A DNA stretch of 64,000 nucleotides, taken from NCBI GenBank assembly GCA_000002445.1, contig CP000071.1:544001-608000 (forward strand), read 5' to 3'. This document shows positions 42,481 to 53,456 of the stretch, piece after piece. Source of the stretch: Trypanosoma brucei. Taxonomy: Eukaryota. Made by a program: the position numbers and the translations under genes. Numbering within the stretch: the stretch's first letter is position 1; each line of letters starts with the position of its first letter. Below the pieces are notes generated by a model. It was given only the letters and a program-made list of their open reading frames with translations. It did not search any database and was not told the DNA's origin.

Positions 42481-44910
42481 TTGAATGTGTCTTCTTCTGC
42501 CCGCTATTCCGTGCCGAGGCCGAAAGGTATCGGATAACCAAACTTGGTGAATGAAAGAATCACGCCCACTGCGTATATATATGTATATATTCTAAGATAT
42601 TTCCTTCGTTTCTCTCCACCCGTGAGCGCGTGTGCGTCCTTGCACCACGCCTCCCTTTCCTTGCCTTCGACTTTCCCCGTGTCTTCCTCTGTATAATCCC
42701 TCAAATCCACTTTTCTAATTCAGTTTTTTTTTTCTGCTCTCCTCGGAGATTACAGTGGGTCCAGAGGTTAGATAGAAAAAAGGAGAGAAATGGAATGACA
42801 TCCAATCAGAGAAGAAGGAGGAGGGGGAGGGGAGGAGGGATATGTATGTCGCAAACAATCTCGACTTAAAGAATGACAACAAGCCCGAAAAAACAACACA
42901 ACAACGAAAACAACGCCACTGGATAACACAGCAGTCAGCGGACGCTTATGGTACACTTTGAGTCAAGAAGGACGAGGAGGTGGATAACGAAAACAATCAA
43001 ATCAACATCATCTTCCCCCCCTTTTTTTTCTCGCTACCTTTCTTTCCATATTTCTCCGTAACCGTGCATTACCGTTGTCATTTTCGTCGTATGTAGTTTC
43101 GTATTAAAAAAAAAAAAAGACACCCCTTTCATGGCATCCTTCCTTGTGTCTCACTCTTTAATTTACTGTCTTTCTTTTCTTTTCTCTTTTCAGTTGTTGT
43201 TCAATTTCCCATCGTTACGATCATTCATTAATATGCGCTGCCAGTCCCGGCTGCAGTTCTTGTAGACACACACCGACAAAAAAAAAAGGAATAAAGAAAA
43301 AAAAAACAGAGATTATGGGATAATTGTGTAAAAACACCGCGCTGAATATCATTGTCTAACAAGCTTTTCCATATTCTTATTTCTTCACCGATGTCCACAC
43401 ACTCTTTCCCCACTTCTTCCCGCTGTTGTACAACCGTTGCGCATTCAACGAAGTAAAGTTAAAAATATGTGAGGGTTGAGAGAAGGGAAAAGAGATGAGG
43501 GTTGAAGAAAACACATGCACACAAACTCCCACGTGTGTGCATACATTATGTGTGTAGTAGATGTGTACATATAAATGCGTACAAGTACATGCAACTACAT
43601 ACATACATGTACATATATGCATATATATGTATATATGTATATAAATATTTATTTATATACACTTGTTTGTGTGATTGTTGACCAAACTTCCTGTTTCATG
43701 GCATTACCACACGCCCTTGAGAGGTGCTGCGGCGCCGGAATATGTAGCCTCCTTTTTTGCCTCCCATTCACTCACTCATTCATTCATTCAATCATTTTTT
43801 TTTCTCGTGCATTTTGCTCATTGTATTTTGTCACGCGGCAGAACCCCAGGGCTCATGTGAAAGACGAAACCAAAGGAATTAAAAGCGTAAGTTATAAAAT
43901 GATAGAATGAAGTGTGGGGAGGGAAAAAGGGATTTTTCTTTTTTTTTTTTTAAAAGGGGGAGAAAGTGCCAAAGAGCAAAGTGAGCAACACCAAGAGAAA
44001 TAATAATAATAATTATTATTATTTTTTGAGACTCACACAAACAGGGTACAGTTTCCAACGGCCTCAATAAAAAAAGAGTGCGTGGATAAGGGGGGAAAAG
44101 AGATATTAAACAGGGGAAGAAATAAATAAGAAGGAAAAAAAAAACAAAAGTAGATCAGGATGAAAACATTTCCCTTGAAATATATTTGTCTTGACAAATC
44201 CAGAAGATGATATAAGCCCCCTCACAACACCCATTACCCATTTCGGCCTTTTACAACAGCACACAAAATTAGGCAGTAAATTCCCCGTTTCGAGCCCCCC
44301 CCCCCCAAAAAAATGCGTTTCGGCCCCTCAACTCCCGGTTGTGAATGTCGTGGTAATAACGATAAAAATATTGAAATAATAATGAAAATCAAAGTAGTTA
44401 TGAATTAAATATACCTACGCTCGCTCTCTTCCTCTTCCTCTTCCTTTCCCTCTCCCTCCCTTTTCATCATTTCTATATTTTGATCACTTACTGAATAGTT
44501 CTTTTTTTTTTTTTTAAGTCTGAACAATGGGTTGCCAGTTCAATCGGCATAATATAATTTCGGGTTTGGTATCAACTTGGCAGTTACGTTACCATCACCC
44601 CAAATCCTCCCCGTTTCATCACTATTTTATTTTTCCCCCTTCTTGATTTCTGTATGTTTACATTATTTACCATATTCGCACCACCTCATCCGCTACGTAA
44701 GTCACAGATGTGTCTGCTGCCTCTAAGTACCTTTAATCGCGTTTATACATTTGATGAATTCATTTACAGTTGTACATAACTTCACATTACCTCGGAGAAA
44801 AATAAAATTAATACAAAAAAAAGAAAAAAGACAGTTGTACATCCGTACATATATTTAATATATATATATATATATGCCTGTTCACTTATACGCATCTGTA
44901 CACCGAAATG

Positions 44911-45381
44911 TCAGCGGAGCAGGCGACAACCCGGAGTAAAGAACTGCATCCTACTGGCATCCGGCACTATACGCCAGGAGCCAATATTAATACTGCGGAA
45001 CTCTTGGCAGCAGGCACACGGGGCACAGCAACAGAAGACACAGAAAAAGTCACCAATGATATTCCCAGATGTGCCAGTACGCTTGCGGAGGTTGTAACGT
45101 GTGAACCAGCGGGCGCATGGACAAAGGAGAACCATGAGGCAATGCGGCCAAACGGAACACACATCGCCCAAACTCGACGCATATGTTTTGCACAAGATAC
45201 AAGGTGAACAGAATAAACAGTTGAAGATGCAGAGAAGTGCGTTGGCAAAATCAGGGGCGCCGCAGCAGGGCGCCAATCGCCAAAACTCCCAAACGAATCC
45301 GGCGGTACCATTCCAGCCGCATTGGTCAAAGCCAATGATACCGAGGAACCCCGTACGGTTAATCTCAGCGCAAAGAGACAT
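44911..45381 (-). CDS. PLAC8 (FCR/cell-number-regulator-like) cysteine-rich small protein, 156 aa
   Basis: Cys-rich pattern CLFCSPCILC...LLCPCARWF...GDFFCVFCCCAPCACCQEFRSI. This matches the PLAC8 CCxxCxxxQ..RE C-terminal motif. Confidence 0.5.
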   Translation of the reverse strand: MSLCAEINRTGFLGIIGFDQCGWNGTAGFVWEFWRLAPCCGAPDFANALLCIFNCLFCSPCILCKTYASSLGDVCSVWPHCLMVLLCPCARWFTRYNLRKRTGTSGNIIGDFFCVFCCCAPCACCQEFRSINIGSWRIVPDASRMQFFTPGCRLLR

Positions 45382-45981
45382 GACTTTGGAAAAGAAGTGC
45401 GCGCTTAATTCCCCTTAGTTGAAAAAAAAAGGGGGAAAAATAACTGAATGTTGACGCCGCGGCAATGTTGTGTGGCCCTTCTTAGCGGGTGCTCTTTCAC
45501 CCTTTTGTATCTACTTGGGGTACAAATGGGCAAGGTGTTGTTAGATGTCTGTCCACTTCGCAACCTCAAAACGTTTAGTCAAACCTTCGCCACAAAAAGC
45601 CTATGCAGGCAATAGTGATAACTTTTGTTTTTTCGATAGCTTGTCTGCAGATGAGAAGGTGTGGGGGTGGTTACGGGATGTACAAGGTAGAGTATGGCAG
45701 TAGACGAAATACAACTTGACGAAGAAGCAACCAAACATCACGGCAAAATACGTGTAAAGTTACCTATAAAGAAGGGAAGTAAAATACCAAGAATAATTTA
45801 TACGGTGGACCACATAGAAAGAAGAATTATATGTAGGGTGGTAGTGACGAGAGAACCCGTTGCGGCACGTAGCAAAACTGACGAAAGGGAAGAACATATG
45901 GACAATTAAGCGTACATGCAAACAACGACAAGGGTCATATGTGTATACATGTACTACTACATAGGCCTTGCCTTTCCATCA

Positions 45982-47865
45982 CTAACGCCGTAACTTCCCC
46001 ACCTGAAGGTCGAAGGGATCGAGTGTCATGAGGGAGCATAGAAATGAGGTGAGTTGAAGCACCTTCGCAGTCCCATGCATGGGTTCCTCGCCGCGTTGCT
46101 TTCGTACTCGCGGGGGAGTTGCGAGTGGCGATACGCCATGAAGTTGACTCCCTACAGTGTTTTGCCACTTTGAGTACTGACATTCTCCCGCACAAGATTC
46201 GGCGCTGAGCATCGATCGCACAACAAATCGCATGGACACACTGTGGATGAGCTCCGACATGAACACCTTCAACAACATCACAGCAACAAGGACAAGCAGC
46301 AACAGCAATGGAGCGTTTCTAAAGAGTGCGTGAGCGATAGGTGAAAAACTCCACAGAAGGAGTGCGGCGTATGGGACCGGAACAAACCCCGTCCGTCGAA
46401 CATATTTGGGGAAAAAACCATCGCTCGGCCGCAGCAGTTTGCGCAAATCCTGAGAGTCGTACAGCGCACTATCCACACAGCAGGCTCGGATATGCGTGAG
46501 TCGCCACAGCACCGTTTCCGCAGCCATATCGATAAGGGTGAGTTGCGTGAAACTTCGGTAGACGCTAAGAGAAATACCATTGAACTTCGCCACGAAGAGA
46601 TGCTTCGTAAAATCCACTGCTACTTCCGACAGAAGTACAAAAAGTGTATCGGCAAAATCCAGACCACAGAAGCGTTCGTGCATGTGCTGCATAACCATAA
46701 CAAGTACAAACAAAAGGAACTTCACGCGCTCAATTGCGTCTGCTGCCGCTACAGAGTACAATGACTCCCTGTTGTGTTTTTTGTACACAGCCCCCTTAAG
46801 TTCACTCAAGCTGCTGCTGACGATGAGAGTAAGAAGCAAATTCCCTTCCGAGTTAACTGCAACGTTGAGCGTTACAACAGAGAGCAGCAGTACAACAGCA
46901 TGAGCAGCGACACTCACCACAGCCACGACAGCGCTCAGCACAGGGAGCCACGTGGCGGCGAAGCGCTCACACTGCTCACCACAGGTTTGTGCGGCTCCCC
47001 GCCAATCCCCCACACACGCCGTGAGCACCTCCGTCGCCTCGTGCGAAAGCGCTGACAACAGCTTGTCGGCAACTTCCAAAATGTTGAAGACCATCATGAG
47101 CTTGATGAAAGAAGTGCGACGCACAGCATGATAGAGATACGCATAAAGCTCCACGGTCTTGAACGACAGGAGAGTGTAAGTAAGCACACCTACGACGATG
47201 AGCACCAAAGCCACTGCATCCCGCCGCTCAAAACGGTGCACACTAACGATCAACTTGAGTGGAAGAATCAGAAGCGACAGAAGATTCTCCACCATGCCAA
47301 GTATTGTGAGGGCAAAAAAGTACTCAATGTCAACGAACATATCGGGCATACGAACAAAGTGCCGAAGCTGCTTAACGAAGCCTATGTCCTGTTGCCCGCA
47401 CATGGTGCTACCTTCGTGGCGTGAGGCATCGGGGCAGCGCTCCCGGTCTGACGGACCAAAGAGACTGCGCAGCAGCCGCGCTTGCATTTGGCAGGTAACC
47501 AACACCGGCTGGCGCGAGCCTCTAATGCTTTGGGAAAAAAGTGTTGGCCGCAGGAAGAGAGAAAAGGAGTAAAAAAGAGACAAGACGGTCATACAAGTGG
47601 CTTTGAGGATGCACACCTGAATGTCTGCAAGGATAGGAGTGATACAATCAAAAGGGATTGATTCCAAAAGCAGAGACACGTAACACCGGCCGCCATGCAC
47701 AATCACACATACCTTCCCCTGTGCATTCATATGACGAGAATGCAACTCAAACCCCGTAGGGAGCAGTGAGCAGTCTCGTTCGAGACGTAGCCACGTGTAA
47801 ACAGATGATCCGAAGAAGGTGGTGCGGCAACAAACATACAGGATCCGATACGGAGGGTGGAACAA
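45982..47865 (-). CDS. Polytopic membrane protein, TAPT1/DUF747-like. The ORF is 627 aa. The true start is probably an internal Met.
   Basis: Multiple TM helices. The segment SFIKLMMVFNILEVADKLLSALSHEA resembles the conserved IKLY.I.N.LEV.D.L core of the TAPT1 family. The N-terminal 60 codons look non-coding-like. Confidence 0.45.
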   Translation of the reverse strand: MFHPPYRILYVCCRTTFFGSSVYTWLRLERDCSLLPTGFELHSRHMNAQGKVCVIVHGGRCYVSLLLESIPFDCITPILADIQVCILKATCMTVLSLFYSFSLFLRPTLFSQSIRGSRQPVLVTCQMQARLLRSLFGPSDRERCPDASRHEGSTMCGQQDIGFVKQLRHFVRMPDMFVDIEYFFALTILGMVENLLSLLILPLKLIVSVHRFERRDAVALVLIVVGVLTYTLLSFKTVELYAYLYHAVRRTSFIKLMMVFNILEVADKLLSALSHEATEVLTACVGDWRGAAQTCGEQCERFAATWLPVLSAVVAVVSVAAHAVVLLLSVVTLNVAVNSEGNLLLTLIVSSSLSELKGAVYKKHNRESLYSVAAADAIERVKFLLFVLVMVMQHMHERFCGLDFADTLFVLLSEVAVDFTKHLFVAKFNGISLSVYRSFTQLTLIDMAAETVLWRLTHIRACCVDSALYDSQDLRKLLRPSDGFFPKYVRRTGFVPVPYAALLLWSFSPIAHALFRNAPLLLLLVLVAVMLLKVFMSELIHSVSMRFVVRSMLSAESCAGECQYSKWQNTVGSQLHGVSPLATPPRVRKQRGEEPMHGTAKVLQLTSFLCSLMTLDPFDLQVGKLRR

Positions 47866-47913
47866 TAAAGCCAGTCTTTCCTCCCTCTTCGCCGTTCAAC
47901 AACATCTAGGAAC

Positions 47914-48852
47914 TCACACTACAGCAGCATCGTGCTGGGTTGCAGCGGTGTCTGCCGTTGTCTGTTGGACCCTGCTGCTGAGGGCAGCGAGCGCGATATT
48001 TCGACGACGTTGTGCCTCTTCTTCTGTAGATCCCGGGAGTAACGCCCCGGCCGCAGCACCTTGAAGAACAGGTACCGCAACGGTGTCAGTGATGCCTCCA
48101 GACCCGCTTCCAGCGCGGCTGCCATCCCCACTACCCTGTTGCCGTGGCGCTTTCGATACCATGCCGCAAAGCTTGAGTAAAGGTTCCAAAAGCACACTCA
48201 GGGGCACCACCGAGGGCGTGTTAAGAGCCGACTGCAGATACCAAGTCGTGAGAAGCCCAAGGAGCGCTGGAGTGAAAACGCTGCCCAAGAAAACTTTGGT
48301 TCCTCCAACATCGTTCTCTGTGATGCGGTGCTGCCCGCGAAAAAGCCAGTCAATTACAAGTGTAATTGCTAGTAACGCCGTTGGTACGTGCTGCCGCTGC
48401 ACCTGGCGCGGAAGTTGGGACGGAAAAGCAGGAGACCTTGGCGAAACCCCCACCCACGGAACAAGAATGCCCGAAGCCGCAGGCCACACCCCACAGTAGC
48501 ACTGAAGGAACCACGTGAATCCAACGTTGTACAGTAACGCGCTCAGTATGAGCAGTGTAAGGGAGGCAGACACAGTCGATGCAGCAATTAATCTCACCAG
48601 AGCTCGGGTCCCGATGATGCTCTCCACTGCCACACCGAAAGTTAGCATGTAAACCGCGCTGCAAACAGCCAGCACTATATTGGTCTCAACTACGACGTAC
48701 GTGATTAGGTTCCAAGGGTAGCTTCTGGCAGAAAAAGTGTGGGCGGGGATGAAACCAAGCACGCGCGGAACCACGGTGGAAAAAGTACTGAGCAGAGCTG
48801 TTCCACACAGCACGGCGGCAATTGCTCCGCTAACTGCACCCTCACCAGCCAT
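47914..48852 (-). CDS. TMEM115/PL6-like rhomboid-fold membrane protein (312 aa)
   Basis: Four or five TM helices, then a C-terminal EEEAQRRRNIALAALSSRVQQ. This matches the human TMEM115 C-terminal motif AERRRQLALKALNERLKRVEDQ. Confidence 0.5.
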   Translation of the reverse strand: MAGEGAVSGAIAAVLCGTALLSTFSTVVPRVLGFIPAHTFSARSYPWNLITYVVVETNIVLAVCSAVYMLTFGVAVESIIGTRALVRLIAASTVSASLTLLILSALLYNVGFTWFLQCYCGVWPAASGILVPWVGVSPRSPAFPSQLPRQVQRQHVPTALLAITLVIDWLFRGQHRITENDVGGTKVFLGSVFTPALLGLLTTWYLQSALNTPSVVPLSVLLEPLLKLCGMVSKAPRQQGSGDGSRAGSGSGGITDTVAVPVLQGAAAGALLPGSTEEEAQRRRNIALAALSSRVQQTTADTAATQHDAAVV

Positions 48853-49274
48853 GCGACCGCGGCCGCCACGTCAAGTTATATGAAGCTTAATATAGGAAAG
48901 TTCCTAAGGGTCTTTTCACGATGTTAAGAGCAAGAGGGAGGACGTGAAAGTAGAAGGAAAGACAACGACCGCACTGCCAAAGTAAGCGGGCGATCGAAAA
49001 GATAGAAAGTCACACTTGTTTTTCTTTTCGAATGCCGTTAATTGCTGACCTTTACTTGTCATATACACACCAAAATCCACTGATAGAGGAACAAAAAACC
49101 GGAAGCCACACGTGGGCAACGCTCGGAGAGGTAACTGTATCCACTATGATACAAAGGGGGAGAGTACACTCGACATCACTGAGAGAGGAAGCATATTTAA
49201 AATTCTTTACTAAAGTGTCGCAATGAAGTCCAACATTGTAAACCAGAAAGGTGCAACAGAGCCTTACGGGTCCC

Positions 49275-50504
49275 CTACAAGTCACTAATCAAAATGGCAA
49301 CGGAGGAGGCGGAGAAAATGCCACCATTTCCGTATACCAGGGCCCGTTTTGGTACCGGTGTAAGCTGGCGGTCCCCTGCCTCCTCAGAAAGCTGCGCTAT
49401 AGCTTCAGTTATGTTGTACATCGCTGGAACTTCCCACGGGGCACCAAAGCACTGCAGCCCACCATGTGTGTTGATAGGGAACTTGGAAGGGTCCAATACG
49501 CCCCCGTTGTTGAGCATTTCGTTATAGGCTGTTTCCATGAATTCGCCGCCCTTTCCCTCGGGGCACAGGCCAACCGCCTCAACAGCCTGAATCAAACAAA
49601 TAGGAAAGCAGTCATACAAACCAAAGAAGTGAATATCGCCCACGTTCAGATTAGCGGAGAGAAACGCATCCCGAGCAGCATGACGACAAGAGAAAATATC
49701 CGGCACGATGTCATCGCTGGAACCTGGTGGAAAAAGTGGACCAGACGCTTCTGCGACGCTGGCGATTATCGGCTTTGAGCCGCCTAGGTGCCGTTGCTCC
49801 TGTTTCCCCTGCGCAAAGTGTTCGGCGTAGTGCGCTTCGCCTGAAACAATGAGAGCCACGGCACCGTCCGCGCGTCGGGCACACTCTAGCAAATTCGTGA
49901 CTGGCGCCACACAGCGGGAATGCAACACCTCATCAAGGGTGTAGGCTTTCCGGCACATTGCCTCGGGATGCCTCTCAGCCATTTTACTCATCAGTACGGG
50001 CACCATGGCTAGCTGCTCACGTTTCAAGCCATAGCGACTCATGTACCACTGAGCATAGCGGTCATAACCATGTGGAATGCACGGCTCTGGCAGCCCGCTT
50101 CTCCGCAGCGATGCATTGGAGCGCTCTGCAAACGCGCCACTTCCCATGCTCAACACGGCATCTGCGGCAATGACAGCAACCGTCTGTGCGCATCCAGTCC
50201 GCACCAAATCCACGGCCATCCCAAGAGCCGTAATAGGACCTGCCCCACCCGTGTCGACGGTGCGAACTATAAACTTTCCCTTCGTGGGGAATAGGCCAGC
50301 CACTGTGGCTATGTGGTGTGCTTGCATGAACTGTGGGCTTGCCAACGAGGGCACCGCGATGAGAGCTTGCAAGTCACACTGCTTCATGTTTGCATCAACC
50401 AGGGCACATTTGAGAGCGGATGCAGCAAGTTCGTCGACTGACTTATGCAGCTTACCAATACCCGTGCGACCGACACCGACAATGCGCACAACCTGAGATG
50501 CCAT
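49275..50504 (-). CDS. SCP2-thiolase-like protein (thiolase fold, 409 aa) that lacks the nucleophilic cysteine
   Basis: Thiolase-fold N-terminus (VVRIVGVGRTGIGK). The region aligning to the SCPx VNNNCATGSTAL motif reads VDTGGAGPITAL, a Cys-to-Gly change. The C-terminal YDCF corresponds to the SCP2-thiolase HDCF loop. Confidence 0.65.
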   Translation of the reverse strand: MASQVVRIVGVGRTGIGKLHKSVDELAASALKCALVDANMKQCDLQALIAVPSLASPQFMQAHHIATVAGLFPTKGKFIVRTVDTGGAGPITALGMAVDLVRTGCAQTVAVIAADAVLSMGSGAFAERSNASLRRSGLPEPCIPHGYDRYAQWYMSRYGLKREQLAMVPVLMSKMAERHPEAMCRKAYTLDEVLHSRCVAPVTNLLECARRADGAVALIVSGEAHYAEHFAQGKQEQRHLGGSKPIIASVAEASGPLFPPGSSDDIVPDIFSCRHAARDAFLSANLNVGDIHFFGLYDCFPICLIQAVEAVGLCPEGKGGEFMETAYNEMLNNGGVLDPSKFPINTHGGLQCFGAPWEVPAMYNITEAIAQLSEEAGDRQLTPVPKRALVYGNGGIFSASSVAILISDL

Positions 50505-50808
50505 GAGTCGTTGAAGGCTAGTATCTTAGTCTGTTATTACCTTTTCAGCTGCTTTCGTAGGGATATCAGGGTGCCAGAATGAAACGAGAACTTGCGCACC
50601 GCACAAAAAAATATCGTCCCCCCAAATTGTAACCAAGTTCCCACACTACCAGAGATACCGAACAGCCCACCTCCCCCCAAAAAAAAATTTCGAACCGCCC
50701 CAACGCAATCTTTCAATTAACACCATTATCATACTTTTGCCTCGGCACAAGCACGTGTATATGACTCCCCCATGTATTTACCTACAGCACTTTAACACCG
50801 TCCCCACG

Positions 50809-52539
50809 CTAAATAATCCAACCACTGGCTACCACATACCACGAAGCAGAATGCACAGCGGAGCTCACAGACAGCGTAACTGGATTAATGGGGCAGTACC
50901 CAACCAGCGTCTGCCCGGCGGTGGCAGCTCGGACCGGCGTGTCAAACTCAACGACTGCGAAGTTGACGCTCGTTCCACCAGCGAACTCTTGGACCTCGCA
51001 TGCGCGAAACCGTAGCACTGCCGGATGCAGAGGGTCCTGGTGCCGTGTACAGCAAGAACATCGCAGACACACCTCTTCCCCTTCCTCTCCATGCCGCGGT
51101 GATCTCGATGGTGGGAATGCCAGAGACAACATCAGCAGCTGCGTCATACGTAGTGGAAGTACAACATCGCTCAACTTGACAAGTGTGTTATACAGAAGTG
51201 GGTGGTTCCATCGATTCACCAGCCACACATTTCGCAGGTACCGAATGCAGCAGTTTTCCCCACACTTCTCATACCCATGGATGGGTGACACCTCTTTCCG
51301 TTGCACGTAGTAACATCTCGGGGACCCGCTATTCCCGGCTGCACCGCGTATCCGCTGTCCAACTGTGAGGTAATGAGCCGGCAGCAATGTCCGATCTTGC
51401 CTTCTTACAATTCCTGGAATGTTGAGTTGGTCAGCCGCTATTATTTGCTCCGTCTCGGCATCCAGATATTTTGTCTCTTCATCCGCGTGAACACCTTCTC
51501 CACCGGACTCTTCTGGAGCCGATGCCATGTACTCCGTGAGGAAGGCACCGAATCCACCACCCTTCCCTGACTTTCGCTTATATCGTTCACCTACAAAGCA
51601 CAACCCCGTACTTGTCTTCTTTGCACTGACACGTGTCAGACCAAGATGGGAAGCAACTACTCGAACATCCGCCTTGCGCTGGAATACATGACCTAATGGA
51701 AAAATCACGTTCGACAGCTGCAGCTGCGAGAGACGTGACAAAAACAGTGTTTGATCGTTGAGGTCTTGCCCTGCAGTGAACGGGCGTGCAATGACACGTG
51801 TATATCTACCGTTCCCCGACTCACTTGCCGCAGCTGAACAAAATACGGTGTCTGCTAGAGAAATGGTACGCGCGTAGTGGCCCGTTGCGACATATTGGGC
51901 TCGTCCTGACGTATGCAATGCGTGAAGAAGTGCACCAAACTTTATCTCCGAATTGCACAGGACATCAACGTTGAGCGTGTTGCCGCGTGCGTAAGAATTC
52001 AGCATTCGATCAAAACACGACGTTACGTAGTGGGAGCTAAAGTTGAACAGTGGAAGAGCTTCACTCTCTGACAGCAAACCCGCAAAGCGCGCCACTTCAG
52101 CAGCGTCGTGGTAATCTTGCTCCGCAGCCTCACACCATCTACGCCGATGATTCCCTCCAACATTCTCACATGTATCACTCGCACTGCCATCAGAGTCCTC
52201 GCTCACATCGTCCCAGTTTTTCATGAAGAGAGGGAAGTAATGCACTGCAGTGGTAGGGTTTTGTTGCATCGGAGTTGTTGCACTACTTTGAGTGATGTCT
52301 GCCCATGCCCGCCGCTTCACGATGGCGTCCATCACGGTGTCTAATGGGAGGGGACGCGGTGACCGCCAGAGCGCTTCCACGTCTCGCCATGTACTTACGC
52401 AACGACATAGGAAAAGCGCAGCGACGGCACTGTCTACTCCACCTGACAGCGCGACAGCTACCCTCACCGCCTGGGACGTCATGCACCGAATCGTGCTCCT
52501 TTCCCTTTGTTGCTTGCGTATAGCAGAAAACACCACCAA
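50809..52539 (-). CDS. tRNA-specific 2-thiouridylase (MnmA/TrmU/MTU1 family), an expanded 576-aa form
   Basis: PP-loop VAVALSGGVDSAV and YVATGHYART motifs. Long insertions relative to the roughly 370-aa bacterial enzymes. Basic N-terminus. Confidence 0.8.
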   Translation of the reverse strand: MVVFSAIRKQQRERSTIRCMTSQAVRVAVALSGGVDSAVAALFLCRCVSTWRDVEALWRSPRPLPLDTVMDAIVKRRAWADITQSSATTPMQQNPTTAVHYFPLFMKNWDDVSEDSDGSASDTCENVGGNHRRRWCEAAEQDYHDAAEVARFAGLLSESEALPLFNFSSHYVTSCFDRMLNSYARGNTLNVDVLCNSEIKFGALLHALHTSGRAQYVATGHYARTISLADTVFCSAAASESGNGRYTRVIARPFTAGQDLNDQTLFLSRLSQLQLSNVIFPLGHVFQRKADVRVVASHLGLTRVSAKKTSTGLCFVGERYKRKSGKGGGFGAFLTEYMASAPEESGGEGVHADEETKYLDAETEQIIAADQLNIPGIVRRQDRTLLPAHYLTVGQRIRGAAGNSGSPRCYYVQRKEVSPIHGYEKCGENCCIRYLRNVWLVNRWNHPLLYNTLVKLSDVVLPLRMTQLLMLSLAFPPSRSPRHGEEGEEVCLRCSCCTRHQDPLHPAVLRFRACEVQEFAGGTSVNFAVVEFDTPVRAATAGQTLVGYCPINPVTLSVSSAVHSASWYVVASGWII

Positions 52540-53456
52540 ATGCTACGCTATGAAGCCGATGTGAACATGAAGGCCTTCTTTGCGGCCTGCCCTTGAGATA
52601 AAAACACCACGTTGCCTTCAAACGTAATTAGGGGGAAAAAGAAGGAAAGCGGGAGGTACAAGAGAATGCTGGATACCCAGAATGGGTGGAAAATAGCAGT
52701 ACAAAGAGATAGGAGGAGCCGACGGGTATGAAAAGGACTAACAAACGCGCTGCAAGCAAACAGAATAAAACAGCAAAGACACACGCAAATGTGGTCGAAG
52801 GAGGTAAGCAAAAAAGTCATTTGGCTGTGGAACCGCGTACGGCCTCTTCCCCAACACGGGGAAAACGGAAGGAGGTATGGGGCCAATTTGAGGAACAGAC
52901 AGACAAGAATGGTAAGGGGCTATATATATATATATATATAGCGAAGGGACGGCGCACCTATGCCACCGCCGTTCTATTTTTTCTTGATCACACGTACGGT
53001 CCTGCTACCAAATAGATCCGATGAACAGGGCATAACAGGTAAGGGAAGAAAGAATATTACCCGCGCCGTAGATACAGCCATACAAATGCACGGCTGTCGT
53101 TCCCTCCCTTTTCCCTCTCTTGGTTGTTTTTCTTCGTTGCCACCGGGCACCGCGGCAGTGACAAAATGGAGGAGGATACAATAAATCACGCTCATACCCC
53201 CTATCTCATTTGCTGTACGTTAAGTTGCCGCCCGGAGAAGATAAAGAGAGGGAGAGGGTCAAGTGGCGCACCCCCGCGTTTTGTTTTTTTGCCTTCTGTT
53301 CAAATTACTTTCCACCTCGTGTTATTTCTCTCGGATGATTGTGATTGTTTTTGTTACTTTCATTTTTTTTTCTGCGTCCTGTTTAGCTCCCCCACGTTAG
53401 TTCCTTCCTTCTTTTTATGACTCAACCTCATGCCGGGGGGACCCCATTCAAGCCCA

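Noticed and set aside
45694-45909. 71-aa plus-strand ORF, Lys/Arg-rich
   Set aside because: It is on the opposite strand to the surrounding polycistron and has no recognisable family. It is probably a chance ORF in an AT-rich spacer.
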